Notes: a model not told the origin generated them from the sequence alone. 64,000 nt of DNA from an uncultured Dehalococcoidia bacterium (GCA_958295525.1 OY282355.1:1915931-1979930); one strand, 5' to 3'. Counted from the first letter of the stretch, positions 35,493 to 46,319 are shown. Made by a program: numbers and translations.

Positions 35493-36160
35493 TTTCCGCC
35501 CGCCTCGCGCCGCATACGGAACAGCGCCGTCTCGGTCTCGACCGCGTCTGGGGGCAGCGGCGCGGGCGCGCCGAACGATTTGGCGGCGGCGTAGATATGC
35601 GCGATGCGCTCCGCCATTTCGCAGACGCGCAACGCCTCCGCGAGCGTCGCGCCCACTCCGACGAGGCCGTGATTGCGGATCAGCGCCGCGTTCCGCTCCC
35701 CCAGCGCCTCGACGACCGCCGCGCCCAACTCCTCCGTGCCGGGGAATGCGTAGGCGGACACCGCTATGCCGCCGCCAATGCCGACGACCATTTCGTCTAT
35801 CAGGGGCGGCAGCGGCTCTCCGGCCACTGCGAGCGCGCTCGCGTAGACCGAGTGCGTGTGCATCACGGCGCGGACGTCGGGGCGCGCCCGGTAGACCGCC
35901 GTGTGCAGCAGCATTTCCGTGGACGGCAGCCCCTCGCCCTCGACCGGCTCGCCGTCGAAATCAACGGCCACGACCTCGCCGAGTCCCATCGCGGCGTAGT
36001 CCTTGCCCGCCGTCGTGATCGCCAGCAAGTCGGCCCCCGGGGGCCCGACGCGGGCGCTGACGTTGCCGGAGGAGACCGCGACCAGCCCGGCGCGATGCAT
36101 CGCCCGCGCCGCGTCCAGCACGGCGCGGCGCTCCGATTCGTAGACGTTCGCCGCAGTCAT
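35489..36160 (-). CDS. class II aldolase/adducin-family protein
   Basis: SSGNVSARV, MHTHS and HGLVGVG motifs. Start is taken at the internal ATG 36160 (MTAANVYESERRAV). Confidence 0.85.
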   Translation of the reverse strand: MTAANVYESERRAVLDAARAMHRAGLVAVSSGNVSARVGPPGADLLAITTAGKDYAAMGLGEVVAVDFDGEPVEGEGLPSTEMLLHTAVYRARPDVRAVMHTHSVYASALAVAGEPLPPLIDEMVVGIGGGIAVSAYAFPGTEELGAAVVEALGERNAALIRNHGLVGVGATLAEALRVCEMAERIAHIYAAAKSFGAPAPLPPDAVETETALFRMRREAGGK

Positions 36161-36354
36161 CGGCGAAAGGATAGCAGGCGCGGGCGGGCGCAGTGAGGCG
36201 CGGGAGCGCGAGCGAGACCGGGCGGGCGGGGCAATTGCATTGTCGCGTTGTCTTGGCAGGCGACGCTCCATGCCGATTCGCAGAATAGGGCGGGGTGCGG
36301 GCTCCCGCTGGCTGGGACTTCCGGCGAGGGCGTTCGCGGGTTAGGCGGGGGCAG

Positions 36355-36380
36355 GGGGCTCCGCCTGCGCAGGCATGACG
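36355..36380 (+). repeat. degenerate REP-like element
   Basis: GGGGGCTCCGCCTGCGCAGGCATGACG keeps the loop and GACG tail, but the stem is eroded. Confidence 0.3.
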
Positions 36381-36412
36381 CGGCAAGGCTAGGCTCCGCG
36401 CGGCGGCTCCCG

Positions 36413-37897
36413 TTACAACTCGTTCGCCATTGCGTCCAGCCGCTCGCGGAGGCGCAGCCATCGCCGGTAAGCCTCGCGGAGTTCAGGGGAGCGCGGGCCC
36501 GGTTCGACGCGCGCTCCTCGCGCCGCGAACGCGGCGGCGCGCTCCGCGAGTTCCTCAGGCGGCGTCATCGCCAGCGCAGCCGCGCCCGCCGCCGTCGCGT
36601 TTCGGTGAACGCTCAGCGGCTCGCCTAAAACGTCGGCGAGGAGTTGCGGGAACAACGCGCTTTCCGCCATTCCGCCGCTGAGCGCGGCGCCTTCCGCAGG
36701 GGCGCCCGCGACGCTCCGCGCAAGCGCGAGGCTCTCGCAGACGGCGAACGCGGCGTTTTCGAACGCCGCCCGCGCGACGCTCGCCAAGTCCAGCCCTTCC
36801 TGCGTAACCGGCGCGGGCAGCAGCAGCCCGCCCATCGTCATCCCCGGATTGGAAAGGTCGAGCGCGCGCGGGCCGAGAAACGCCGCGACGGGCGCCCCGC
36901 TCTCCGGCGCCGACGCCGCCATCGCCGCGAAGCGGGCGGGCGAGGCGCGGGGCGCGAGCAGGCGTCGGACGGCGTCGAGCGTTCGCCCCGTATCGCCCGG
37001 GTTCGCCTCGACAATCCATCCGCCTGCGAGCGCGCTCAGGGTTGTCCACGTCCGCCGTTGCGGATCGAACACGGGCGAGGCGGTCGCAACTTGCGCGGGG
37101 GCGCTCCATCCGGCGCACACCGCCGCCGCGCCGGGCTCGACGGCGCCGCAGCCGAGGGCGGCGGCTTGCGCGTCCGGCCCCGCGAGCCGGATGTCGACCG
37201 TCTCCGGCAGTCCGGCGGCGTCCGCGGCTTCCTGCGTGAGGCGCCCGACCGCCGCGCCGCGGGGGATGGTCGGCGGCAGGAGATCCAGCGGAACGTTCAG
37301 CCGTCTCAGCAGCGCCTCCGCCGGTTCGCCGGACGCGACGTCCAGCAGCCCGGCTTCGGCGAGTCCGCCGGCGGTTTCCGCGAGCGTTCCGGTCAGTTGC
37401 AGCGCGGCCCAGGCGTCCAGTCCGGCGGCTTTGGCGACGCGCTCCGCCGCTCGCGGGCGGTTCTCCCGCAGCCACGCCAACTTGGCCGGTACGAACAGCA
37501 GCGAAGGCAGATGCCCGGTCGTCCGGTGGATTTCCGCGCTATGCGCCTCGTCTATCGCGCTTCCCTGAAAGACTGCGCGGACATCGGAGTTCGGCCATGC
37601 GCTCACGGCGGCGAGCCGCGCGTCGAGGAAACACGCCGCTCCGCGCTGCGCCGTAACCGCGACGGCGCGGACGTTGCGGGGCCCCGCCGCCTGCGCGCCC
37701 TGCGCCAGCGCTCGCAGCAAACGCTCGCGCAGCAAACGCGGATTGAATCCCCGGGCCAGCGCTCCGGCGCGGGCGTTCGCCGCAGGATACGGAGCGGACG
37801 CCGCTTCGTAAGGGGCGCCTGCGCCATCCGCCTGAACGACGGCGCACCGCAGGCGGCTGCTCCCCAGGTCCAGCACGAGAACGGCGGCTTGCATCAC
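36413..37897 (-). CDS. FGGY-family carbohydrate kinase
   Basis: 494 aa. Has an N-terminal LVLDLGSSRLR actin-like ATPase motif and a two-domain FGGY layout. The substrate cannot be inferred. Confidence 0.8.
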   Translation of the reverse strand: MMQAAVLVLDLGSSRLRCAVVQADGAGAPYEAASAPYPAANARAGALARGFNPRLLRERLLRALAQGAQAAGPRNVRAVAVTAQRGAACFLDARLAAVSAWPNSDVRAVFQGSAIDEAHSAEIHRTTGHLPSLLFVPAKLAWLRENRPRAAERVAKAAGLDAWAALQLTGTLAETAGGLAEAGLLDVASGEPAEALLRRLNVPLDLLPPTIPRGAAVGRLTQEAADAAGLPETVDIRLAGPDAQAAALGCGAVEPGAAAVCAGWSAPAQVATASPVFDPQRRTWTTLSALAGGWIVEANPGDTGRTLDAVRRLLAPRASPARFAAMAASAPESGAPVAAFLGPRALDLSNPGMTMGGLLLPAPVTQEGLDLASVARAAFENAAFAVCESLALARSVAGAPAEGAALSGGMAESALFPQLLADVLGEPLSVHRNATAAGAAALAMTPPEELAERAAAFAARGARVEPGPRSPELREAYRRWLRLRERLDAMANEL

Positions 37898-37929
37898 GCC
37901 TGCCTATCGCCGGATCCGCGCAACCGCCG

Positions 37930-38292
37930 CTACTCCGCCGGAACGAACCGCATCGAGAGGGAGTTGACGCAGTGGCGCGCGTTGGTCGGCGTGAAGCCCT
38001 CGCCCATAAAGACGTGCCCCAGGTGCCCGCCGCAGTTCGCGCACGTAATCTCCGTGCGGAAGCCGTCCGGGTCGGGCTCGCGGCTCACCGCGCCCTCCAC
38101 CTCTTTGTCGAACGCGGGCCAGCCGCAATGCGCGTCGAATTTGTCGGCGGAGCGGTAGAGCGCCGCGTCGCACCGGCGGCAGAGGTACGTCCCTTCCTCG
38201 TAGAAGTCGTCGTACTCCCCCGTGAACGGGCGCTCCGTTCCCTTCCGCTCGATGACGTAACGCTCATCCGGGGTCAGTTCGTTGTAGGCCAC
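37930..38292 (-). CDS. msrB: peptide-methionine (R)-S-oxide reductase
   Basis: CxxC...CxxC zinc site ([20 protein letters not shown]) and the catalytic RHCVNS. Confidence 0.95.
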   Translation of the reverse strand: MAYNELTPDERYVIERKGTERPFTGEYDDFYEEGTYLCRRCDAALYRSADKFDAHCGWPAFDKEVEGAVSREPDPDGFRTEITCANCGGHLGHVFMGEGFTPTNARHCVNSLSMRFVPAE

Positions 38293-38349
38293 GGCGCTCC
38301 TCCTTCCGTTGAGAGGATGAGTCTACCGCAGCGCGGGGCTTGCGGACTG

Positions 38350-39441
38350 CTACGCGAACGCGGGGATGACCTCCTTGCCGAAGAGCGCGATGGACGACTC
38401 CACCATCGCGTGAGGCATCCGCCCGACGTGGAACTTGCCGGCGAAATGGTCGTAGCCGATGCGCTCGCGGCCTTCGGCGACGCGGCGGGCGACGGTCTCC
38501 GGGCTGCCGACGAGCGCGAGGCCGTTGTCGATCCAAAAGTCGTAGGAGCGGACGCACTCGCGGAAGATGCGCCCGCGCTCGCGGATGTCCTCGCTGTCCT
38601 CGCTGCCCATTCCGCGCGGGTGGGAGCCGAAGCCGACCCGGCTCGCGGCGACCAACTCGCGCCCCAGCGTGTTCGCCTCCAGCAGGTATTGGCGCGCTTG
38701 CTCGTGGGCTTTGGCGTCCGTCTCCGCGACGTGGACGACGCGCATCAGAAACTGGCGCGGCATCGGGCCGTCGTGCCCGTGGGACTTCCACGCGCCGCGC
38801 CACTCGGCGAATTTGCGCTCCATTGAATCGTCGGTGTCTATGTTCTGCGCCATGTGATAGCCGCGCCGCGCGGCGAACGCTATCGCGCGCGAACTGTGCA
38901 CCGCCGCCCATATCGGCGGGCGCGGCCTCTGGTAGGGCATCGGCTGAACGAGCGCCTCGTCGATCCGCCAAAACTTGCCTTCGTAGGTGACCGAGCCGTC
39001 TCCGCGCCACGCGGCCTCAATGATGTCCAGCGCCTCTTCGCTCATCTCTTGGCGGGCGTAGAAGTCCATCCCCCAGCGCAGGAACTCGTGCTCGTGAACG
39101 CCGATGCCGGTTCCGAACTCGGCGCGCCCGCCGGAGAGGTGGTCGAGCATCGCCACGTCCTGCGCGAGGCGCACCGGATGATGGAAGGGCAGTTGCCATA
39201 TCATCGTGCCGAGCCGGAGGGACTCGGTGTGGCGGGCGACGGCCGTGAGGAATATCTGCGGAGAGGTCACCGCGCCGACGTAGGAGCCCTGGTGCTCCAG
39301 CGTCCAGTAGTAGCCGAAACCGGCGCGCTCCATCAGTTGCGCCTGCCGGATGTGCGTCTCGTAGACCTCGGCGGCGGTGGCCGCGTGGAGCGTCTCGTAG
39401 GTCTGCATCTGATCCCATACGCCGAACTCGATCCGCGTCAT
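38350..39441 (-). CDS. LLM-class (luciferase-like) flavin-dependent oxidoreductase
   Basis: MTRIEFGVW..., LDHLSGGRAEFGTG. ATG at 39441 with GGAGG 8 nt upstream. The 5' extension in the track is rejected. Confidence 0.9.
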   Translation of the reverse strand: MTRIEFGVWDQMQTYETLHAATAAEVYETHIRQAQLMERAGFGYYWTLEHQGSYVGAVTSPQIFLTAVARHTESLRLGTMIWQLPFHHPVRLAQDVAMLDHLSGGRAEFGTGIGVHEHEFLRWGMDFYARQEMSEEALDIIEAAWRGDGSVTYEGKFWRIDEALVQPMPYQRPRPPIWAAVHSSRAIAFAARRGYHMAQNIDTDDSMERKFAEWRGAWKSHGHDGPMPRQFLMRVVHVAETDAKAHEQARQYLLEANTLGRELVAASRVGFGSHPRGMGSEDSEDIRERGRIFRECVRSYDFWIDNGLALVGSPETVARRVAEGRERIGYDHFAGKFHVGRMPHAMVESSIALFGKEVIPAFA

Positions 39442-39693
39442 TCGCAACGCCTCCAGGCAAACAGCGGCGCTAATGCTACCGCAAGAACGCCGCGCCACGC
39501 CCTTATCCGTCAGCGGTCGTTGCGGCGCTCTTTGCGCTCCGTGACGACGAGGGCGCCGTGCGCGTCCCGCGCCTCGTCGAACACGACGCGGCTCTTCTTG
39601 CCCCCGTGTATCTGCGGCTCCTGCGCCAAGTTTGCGGCGGGGCAGGTCCACGGGGCCGTTCTCCGCAACGATGGGGTTACGCGAATCTCCTCG

Positions 39694-40938
39694 TCAGTAA
39701 TCCAGCCCCGGCGCGGGGAAGCGCGAGGCCAGTTGCGCCGCCTCGTCGGCGACGGCGCGCAGCGCAGAGGCGTCGTCCCGGCTGTCGAGCGTCCGGGCGA
39801 TGAGTCGCGCGACCACTTGGCACTCCTCCGCGCCGAAGCCGCGCGAAGTTACGGCGGGCGTCCCGATCCGCAAGCCGCTCGTCACCCGCGGGGGCTGCGG
39901 GTCGTTCGGAATCGCGTTCTTGTTCACCGTGATGCCCACGCCGCCGAGCGCCGCTTCCGCGTCTTGCCCCGTCCATCCGACGGGGCGCAAGTCCACGAGC
40001 ATGAGGTGGTTGTCCGTGCCGCCGGAGACGATCCGCAGCCCCTCGCCCTCCAGCGCCGCCGCCATCGCGCGGGCGTTCTCGACGATCCGCCGTCCGTAGT
40101 CCGCGAAATCGGGGCGGAGCGCCTCGCCGAAGCAGACCGCCTTCGCGGCGATGGCGTGCATAAACGGCCCGCCCTGCGCGTAGGGGAACACGGCGCGGTC
40201 AACCGCCCGCCGCCGCTCCTCGCCGCACAGAATGAACGCCCCGCGAGGCCCGCGCAGCGACTTGTGCGTCGTGCTCGTCACCACCGCGGCGTGAGGCAGG
40301 GGAGAGGGGTGCGCGCCCGCCGCGACGAGCCCTGCGATGTGCGCCATATCCACCATCAGAACCGCGCCGGACTCCTCCGCGATTTCGGCGAATCTGGCGA
40401 AGTCTATGGAGCGCGAGTAGGCGGTGAACCCCGCGACGATGACTTTCGGCCTGCGCTCCCGCGCCTGCTGCGCGATGGCGTCGTAGTCCAACTGCTCCGT
40501 CTCAGGGTCGAGCCCGTAGGACGCGAAGTCGTACAACTTGGCGGAGAAGTTGACGGGGCTGCCATGCGTGAGATGGCCGCCCTGGTCCAGTTGCAACCCC
40601 ATTATCGTGTCGCCGGGCTCGCAGAGGGCGGCGTACGCCTCCATATTGGCCGCCGCGCCCGCGTGGGGCTGGACGTTGGCGTGCTCCGCCCCGAAGAGTT
40701 CCTTCGCGCGGTCTATCGCGAGTTGCTCCGCCGCGTCCACGAACTCGCAGGAGCCGTAATAGCGGCGGCCGGGATAGCCTTCGGCGTACTTGTTGGTCAG
40801 CGGAGAGCCCTGCGCCTCCATTACGGCGCGGCTCGCGTAGTTCTCGGATGCGATGAGCACGATGTCGCGGCGCTGGCGCTCCGCCTCCTGCCGCACCGCC
40901 TCCGCGACCTCCGGGTCTTGTTCAGTCAAAGCGCTCAA
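39694..40938 (-). CDS. glyA: serine hydroxymethyltransferase
   Basis: [15 protein letters not shown], the [16 protein letters not shown]-lysine block, and [14 protein letters not shown] start with GGAGG 8 nt upstream. Confidence 0.95.
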   Translation of the reverse strand: MSALTEQDPEVAEAVRQEAERQRRDIVLIASENYASRAVMEAQGSPLTNKYAEGYPGRRYYGSCEFVDAAEQLAIDRAKELFGAEHANVQPHAGAAANMEAYAALCEPGDTIMGLQLDQGGHLTHGSPVNFSAKLYDFASYGLDPETEQLDYDAIAQQARERRPKVIVAGFTAYSRSIDFARFAEIAEESGAVLMVDMAHIAGLVAAGAHPSPLPHAAVVTSTTHKSLRGPRGAFILCGEERRRAVDRAVFPYAQGGPFMHAIAAKAVCFGEALRPDFADYGRRIVENARAMAAALEGEGLRIVSGGTDNHLMLVDLRPVGWTGQDAEAALGGVGITVNKNAIPNDPQPPRVTSGLRIGTPAVTSRGFGAEECQVVARLIARTLDSRDDASALRAVADEAAQLASRFPAPGLDY

Positions 40939-41323
40939 CAGCGTCGCCTCCGGTGATGGGAATGCGCGGGCGCAATGATCAGCGCCGCCAAGCGCGTCTG
41001 AGCGCTGCTGAGCGCGGGCAAGTCCGCGAAAGCCCTGATCAAGCCTCTACAGGATACGGCGCGCGCGCGCAAGCGCGCAATCAGCGCTGGTTCGCGCAGG
41101 CGAATAGGGAGGGGCGGCGGGCGGCGCGGAGCGGAATGGGCAAGCCACTCGCAAGCGATGAGGAGGCAACAATAAGCGCCAATGAGTGCAATGCCACGCG
41201 GCGCTTGCGCGCCGCCGCCGCGACCGCCTACGATGAGCGTATGAGCGATTGGCTTCCCTTTCCGCCTGACAATCCCCATGGGCGGCGCGGGCGCGGTTGC
41301 GGGCACGGGGGCGAGGGCTGAGC

Positions 41324-42205
41324 GTGGGAGCAGGCGCGGTCTATCTGTGGCTGGGCTTCGGCGTCGTTTGCGTGTCGTTCGCGTCCATTTTCATCCGGCT
41401 CGCCGACGCGCCGCCGCTCACGGTCGCGGCTTACCGGATGAGCATCGCCGCTTTGGTGGTGGGGGTTGCGGCGGGCGCGACGGCGCGGCGGCGGTTCGGG
41501 GCGATTCGCCGTTCCGATTTGCCTATTCTGGCGTTCTCCGGCGTATGCCTCGCGGCGCACTTCGCGCTATGGATCACGTCGCTGTCCCTGACCTCGGTGG
41601 CGAGTTCCGCGTTGTTCGTGACCGCCACGCCGGTCTTCGCCGCGGCGGGGGCGCGCTTCCTGCGCGTGGACCGCATAGGACGGCTGACCGCGGCCGCAGT
41701 CGCAGTCAGCATTGCGGGGGGCGCGGTGATCGCGCTGGGGGACTGGGACGCGGGCGGGCGGCGGCTCATGGGCGACGCGCTCGCGCTCGGCGGGGCCGCC
41801 GCGGTCGCGGGCTACTTGCTGGTTGGGCGCCGCGTTCGTGGGCGCATTCCGAATTTGCCGTACATCGCCGTCGTCTACGCGGCGGCGGCCATTGCGCTGC
41901 TCGCCTTCGCCGCGGCGAACGGCTCGCCGCTGACCGGCCTTCCCGCCAAGTCCTACCTGTGGATGGCGCTCGCCGCGCTCGTTCCGCAGGCCGTCGGCCA
42001 TACGATTCTGAACTGGGCGCTGGGCTACGTGCCCGTCGTGAACCTCACGCTAGCGGTGCGCGCCGAGCCTGTGCTGGCGACGCTTCTCGCCATTCCGATC
42101 CTCGCGGAGATTCCGCCGTGGACGGTCGTCCCGGGCGGCGCGCTGCTTTTGCTGGGGGTCTATCTCGCCGTCCGCAGCGAGGACGCCCGCCGGCGCGACG
42201 TATAA
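41324..42205 (+). CDS. DMT-superfamily (EamA-like) transporter
   Basis: Ten hydrophobic segments in a duplicated EamA pattern. The start is uncertain (GTG 41324 or TTG 41297). Confidence 0.8.
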   Translation: MGAGAVYLWLGFGVVCVSFASIFIRLADAPPLTVAAYRMSIAALVVGVAAGATARRRFGAIRRSDLPILAFSGVCLAAHFALWITSLSLTSVASSALFVTATPVFAAAGARFLRVDRIGRLTAAAVAVSIAGGAVIALGDWDAGGRRLMGDALALGGAAAVAGYLLVGRRVRGRIPNLPYIAVVYAAAAIALLAFAAANGSPLTGLPAKSYLWMALAALVPQAVGHTILNWALGYVPVVNLTLAVRAEPVLATLLAIPILAEIPPWTVVPGGALLLLGVYLAVRSEDARRRDV

Positions 42206-42216
42206 TCCGCAGGCCG

Positions 42217-43941
42217 ATGCTCGTCGAACTCGCTGTCCGCAACTTGGCCGTGATAGAGGAGACCCGGCTCGTTTTCGGGCCGGGGTTGAACGTCATTACG
42301 GGCGAGACGGGCGCAGGGAAGTCGCTGCTGGTGGACGCGCTGGCGTTCGCGCTGGGCGGCCCGGCGGACAAGGGGATGATGCGGCGCGGCGCGGCGTCGA
42401 TGAGCGTCGAGGCTATTTTCGACGCGCGCGGGGCGCCGTTCGCTAGGGAGCGGCTGGCGGAACTCGGCGTCGAGGCGGACGAGGACGACGGCGTGGTCGC
42501 GTTGCGCCGCGAGGCGCATCGGGAAGGGCGCGCCGTCTCCCGCCTGAACGGGCGCGCCGCGCCGGTGAGCGTTCTGCGGAGCGCGGGCGGCGCGCTCGTG
42601 GACATCCACGGGCAGGGCGACAGCCTTTCGCTGTTCGACCCGCGCTTCCAACTGCGCGCGCTGGACGCTTTCGCCGGGCTAGCGGAGCGGCGCGCCGCCG
42701 TCGAGAGCGCCGTCGCGGAGGCGCGGCGCAGGAAGCGGGAAGCCGCCGACGCCGAGTCCGCCGCTCTAGAGGCGGGGCGGCAGCGCGACCTGCTCGAGTT
42801 TCAGGCCAACGAGATCGAGGCCGCCGCGCCGTTGGACGGCGAGGAGGCATCGCTGCTGCGCGAGCGCGATCTGCTGCGGCATGCGGAGGACGTGCGCGGC
42901 GCGTGCGAGGCGGCATGGCTCGCGCTGAGCGAGGGCGAGCCCAACGCCGCGGGCCTCGCGGGCGAGGCCGCCCGCCTGCTTCGCCACGCGCCGGGCGCGG
43001 ACGACCTGCTGCGCGCTCCGCTGGACGCCGTCGAATCCGCCGCCGCGCAACTCCCCGACGCCGCCCGCGAAATCCGCGGCGTCGGGGAGGCCGCCGAGCC
43101 CGACCCGGCGCGCCTCGCGGAAATCGAGGAGCGCGTCGAGACGCTCCGGCGTCTCAAGCGCAAGTACGGCGGCTCTGAGGCCGCCGTCATCGCGTTCGCG
43201 GAAGACGCGCGTCGCCGGCTGGAGCGCATCGAGGGCGCGGACGCCCGTCAGGAGGCGTTGGAGCGCGCGCTGGCGGACGCGCTCAGGGAGGCCGGAGCGC
43301 TCGCGTGGGAACTGTCGCAGGCGCGCCGGGCCGCCGCGGGCGCGCTGAGCGAGGCCGTCGCCGCCGAGTTGCGCGAGGTCGGCTTGGAGCGCGCCGCCAT
43401 CGCCGTCGCGGTGGAGCAGGAGGAAGCGGAGGACGGCCTGCCCGCGCCGGACGGCAGGCGGCTCGCTGCGCAGCACGGCGGGATTGACCGCGTGACGTTC
43501 ATCGCGCGCACGAACCCGGGGGAGGACGCGAGGCCGCTGGCGAAGGCGGCGTCCGGCGGCGAGACGTCGCGGATGATGCTGGCGCTCAACGGCGCGCTGC
43601 GGACGGTTTCCGGCGCGGCGTCGCTCGTGTTCGACGAGGTGGACGCGGGCATCGGCGCCCGCGCCGGAGAGGTGGTAGGCAGGAAACTTTGGACGGTGGG
43701 GCAACGGGCGCAGACGCTGTGCGTGACGCATCTTCCGCAGATAGCGGCGTGGGCGGACGCGCACTTTCGCGTGGGGAAGGCGGTGCGCGGCGGGCGCGCC
43801 TATTCGGGCGCGGAGGCGCTTGCGGGCGAGCGGCGCGTGGAGGAGATCGCCGGAATGCTGGGCGGCGGCGACCGCTTGACGCAGGCGGCGCGGGAGATGC
43901 TGGACCGGGCGGAGCGCGCTAAGCGCGAGGCGATGACATAG
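42217..43941 (+). CDS. recN: DNA repair protein RecN
   Basis: MLVELAVRNLAVIEE...LNVITGETGAGKS, a long coiled coil, and a C-terminal SGGETSR...FDEVDAGIG. The track ORF 41278..43941 over-extends 5'. Confidence 0.95.
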   Translation: MLVELAVRNLAVIEETRLVFGPGLNVITGETGAGKSLLVDALAFALGGPADKGMMRRGAASMSVEAIFDARGAPFARERLAELGVEADEDDGVVALRREAHREGRAVSRLNGRAAPVSVLRSAGGALVDIHGQGDSLSLFDPRFQLRALDAFAGLAERRAAVESAVAEARRRKREAADAESAALEAGRQRDLLEFQANEIEAAAPLDGEEASLLRERDLLRHAEDVRGACEAAWLALSEGEPNAAGLAGEAARLLRHAPGADDLLRAPLDAVESAAAQLPDAAREIRGVGEAAEPDPARLAEIEERVETLRRLKRKYGGSEAAVIAFAEDARRRLERIEGADARQEALERALADALREAGALAWELSQARRAAAGALSEAVAAELREVGLERAAIAVAVEQEEAEDGLPAPDGRRLAAQHGGIDRVTFIARTNPGEDARPLAKAASGGETSRMMLALNGALRTVSGAASLVFDEVDAGIGARAGEVVGRKLWTVGQRAQTLCVTHLPQIAAWADAHFRVGKAVRGGRAYSGAEALAGERRVEEIAGMLGGGDRLTQAAREMLDRAERAKREAMT

Positions 43942-44032
43942 CGGCGGCCGAGCCGCCCCGTAGGGCCACGCCCAAGCGCGAGCCGAAGTCTGCGCGGTCA
44001 TGGCGCTTCTCACGCTTGCTGACCCGCCTACG

Positions 44033-44947
44033 CTAGGCCGCGGCGGCGGCCTCCGCTGCAGCGTCGGCTTCGATGGCGGCGTTCATCGCGGCGATGGCGA
44101 CTTCGATCTGGCCGTCGTCCGGCGGGCGGGTCGTGAACGATTGGAGGGCGAGGCTGGGGAGCGACAGCGCGCGGACGAGGGCGTTCGCGCTGTGGGCGGC
44201 GTTGAGGCGGATCACCTCGTAGGAGACGCCCGCTATCACGGGGATGAGGACGATGCGGGATGCGATTCGCCAGGGCAGGTCGGGCGTGCCGAGGAACACG
44301 AACACGATGATGGAGACGATCATCACGGTGAGCAGGAACGCGGTGCCGCAGCGGGGGTGCGCCGCCGGAAAGCGCCGGACGTTGCCGCGCTCCAGCGGCA
44401 GGGCCGCCTCGTGGGTGTGGACGGCCATGTGCTCCGCCGCGTGGTAGCCGAACACTCGCTTGATGCTGGGCATCATTCCAATGAGGCCGAGGTAGAGGAA
44501 GAAGATGACGAGGCGGAGAACGCCCTCCGCCGTGTTGCTGAGGATGGAGTTGTCGGTGAAGCGGTCTACGAATCCGGCGGTGATGAGGAGGGGAAGGATG
44601 AAGAAGAGGCCGACGCCGAGTCCGAGCGAGAGGGCGAGCGTGACGGCCAGGGCGGCGGGCGGAATAGGCTGCTCGTCGTCGTCGTTCTCGCCGGAGGCGA
44701 CCTGCGCCGACCACGTGAGCGCGCGCATACCGACGACGAGGGACTCGGAGAGGACGAGCGTTCCGCGAATGAAGGGGATTCGCCGCCAGCGGTTGACGCT
44801 CCACGATGGGACGGGGCGGACGACGGTTTTGATGGCGCCGGTGGGGTGGCGGGCGGCGATGGAGTAGACGCGCCGACCGCGAATCATCACGCCTTCGATG
44901 ACGGCTTGGCCGCCGTAAGCGGAATGCTGCCGATGTGCTTGCGCCAT
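44033..44947 (-). CDS. DUF1385-domain membrane protein
   Basis: YGGQAVIEGVMIRG and HAAEHM motifs. Sits next to rpmE, as in many genomes. Confidence 0.85.
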   Translation of the reverse strand: MAQAHRQHSAYGGQAVIEGVMIRGRRVYSIAARHPTGAIKTVVRPVPSWSVNRWRRIPFIRGTLVLSESLVVGMRALTWSAQVASGENDDDEQPIPPAALAVTLALSLGLGVGLFFILPLLITAGFVDRFTDNSILSNTAEGVLRLVIFFLYLGLIGMMPSIKRVFGYHAAEHMAVHTHEAALPLERGNVRRFPAAHPRCGTAFLLTVMIVSIIVFVFLGTPDLPWRIASRIVLIPVIAGVSYEVIRLNAAHSANALVRALSLPSLALQSFTTRPPDDGQIEVAIAAMNAAIEADAAAEAAAAA

Positions 44948-45015
44948 AGCCTCGCGCCGATCTCCCGCGCCCCCCAGGGCGACCCGCTATGCGCCGGGAG
45001 GGCGCGCGGAAGGGG

Positions 45016-45219
45016 CTATTGCAGGTTGAACCGCCGCTTCAAGCGCTCGACGCGCCCCTCGGTGTCCACGATGCGCTGCTCGCCAGTGAAGAACGGATGG
45101 CAGGAACTGCATATCTCCACCTTGATCTGCGGCTTGGCGGCGCCCGTGGTGAACGTGTTCCCGCAAGAGCAGGTCACCACGGCCTCGGGGTAGTAGGTTG
45201 GATGGATGTCGGTTTTCAT
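45016..45219 (-). CDS. rpmE: 50S ribosomal protein L31
   Basis: [10 protein letters not shown]...CSCGNTF...[10 protein letters not shown]. Confidence 0.95.
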   Translation of the reverse strand: MKTDIHPTYYPEAVVTCSCGNTFTTGAAKPQIKVEICSSCHPFFTGEQRIVDTEGRVERLKRRFNLQ

Positions 45220-45244
45220 CGCCGCGTCTCGTTGAGGATTCAGG

Positions 45245-45499
45245 TTAGGCGGGCCGGACGTTCGCCCGCTTGCGGAGTTGGGTCGCGTGGTCGAACTCGA
45301 CGCGCCCGTCCACGAGAGCGTAGAGGGTGAAGTCGCGCCCGATTCCGACGTTCACGCCGGGGCGGATCTTCGTTCCGCGCTGCCGCGCGATGATCGTCCC
45401 TGCGCGGACGCTCTCGCCCGCGAACCGCTTGACGCCCAGCCGCTGGCCGTGGCTGTCTCTGCCGTTCCGGCTGCTTCCGCCCGCTTTCTTGTGGGCCAC
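45245..45499 (-). CDS. rpmA: 50S ribosomal protein L27
   Basis: [22 protein letters not shown]...IIARQRGTK. Confidence 0.95.
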   Translation of the reverse strand: MAHKKAGGSSRNGRDSHGQRLGVKRFAGESVRAGTIIARQRGTKIRPGVNVGIGRDFTLYALVDGRVEFDHATQLRKRANVRPA

Positions 45500-45524
45500 G
45501 AGTCCGCCTCCCGTTCCGGCGCGC

Positions 45525-45848
45525 TTACGCTTGGCCGGCGAGTATTCGCTTGATGGAGAGTTGCGTCACCTGCTGCCGGTGCCCGTTCTTCACGTGATGG
45601 CGCGTCTTGGGCTTGTACTTGAGGACGGCGATCTTGTCCGCCTTGCCCTGCCGCGCGACCTCCGCGAGCACTTTTGCGCCCTCGACCGTCGGCTGGCCGA
45701 CGGTGACCTGCGCGTCTTTCGAGACGAGCAGCACGTCGTTCAACTCGACGGCGTCGCCCTCCGCGCCCGGGAGTTTCTCCACCGTGATGGAGTCGCCCTG
45801 CCGCACGCGATACTGCTTGCCGCCCGTTCGCACGATTGCGTAATCCAT
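45525..45848 (-). CDS. rplU: 50S ribosomal protein L21
   Basis: [15 protein letters not shown]...KVLAEV...GKADKI.VLKYKPK. Confidence 0.95.
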   Translation of the reverse strand: MDYAIVRTGGKQYRVRQGDSITVEKLPGAEGDAVELNDVLLVSKDAQVTVGQPTVEGAKVLAEVARQGKADKIAVLKYKPKTRHHVKNGHRQQVTQLSIKRILAGQA

Positions 45849-46130
45849 AGCAATCAGGGATTCTACCGCGTTTCCCCGCAGTCGTCAAATTTGCGTATTC
45901 GTCCCATACACAGAAGACGGCGGGGTTAGGAGACCGCCTCTGAGCGCCGCTTCGCAAGGCGCTCGACGGCGTCAGCCAACCAGGCGGACGCCCTGACCCG
46001 GCGCGCATCCTCGAACGCTCCGTGAAACGCGGATAGCCTAACGGGAAGGGCACGCGCTCAACGACCGCGCCAAGGAATTAGCGGCTCTCGCCGCGTCCGT
46101 GCGCCGTTCCGTATTCGCCGCGAACGCCGT

Positions 46131-46319
46131 CTACAGGTATTGCCCGGGGTCCGCGGCGAACGCTTCGCGGCAACCCGGGGCGCAGAAGTAGTACGTCTCC
46201 CCCTCGTGCTCGCACGTTCCGCCCGGCGGCGCAGATTTCGCCACCGTCATCTTGCACACCGGATCCGACGCCATGCCGTCCGGCTCCGCGCTCCCGAACA
46301 CCACGTCCAGTTTAGCCAT
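46131..46319 (-). CDS. YHS/TRASH-domain metal-binding small protein
   Basis: ATG at 46319 with AAGGAGG upstream. DPVCKMTV...YYFCAPGCREAF is the YHS signature. Confidence 0.8.
   Translation of the reverse strand: MAKLDVVFGSAEPDGMASDPVCKMTVAKSAPPGGTCEHEGETYYFCAPGCREAFAADPGQYL

Noticed and set aside
40939-41100. Possible riboswitch (ZTP/THF/glycine type) in the long leader upstream of glyA.
   Set aside because: I could not recognise the conserved cores of these riboswitch classes by eye on the minus strand. Only generic GC-rich hairpins are visible. A covariance-model scan (Rfam/Infernal) would be needed.
42150-42260. LexA/SOS box upstream of recN.
   Set aside because: No CGAAC-n4-GTTCG-type or CTGT-n8-ACAG-type palindrome is present. 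There is only a TATAAT that overlaps the upstream gene stop. Not supportable.
41278-43941. Long 5' extensions of track ORFs: RecN as 887 aa, also 18156..19571, 11571..12674, 20397..21431, 8129..9373, 38350..39651 and 56132..57493.
   Set aside because: The extensions overlap neighbouring well-supported genes or are Arg-rich low complexity. Internal starts with good SD sequences coincide with the conserved N-termini of the families.
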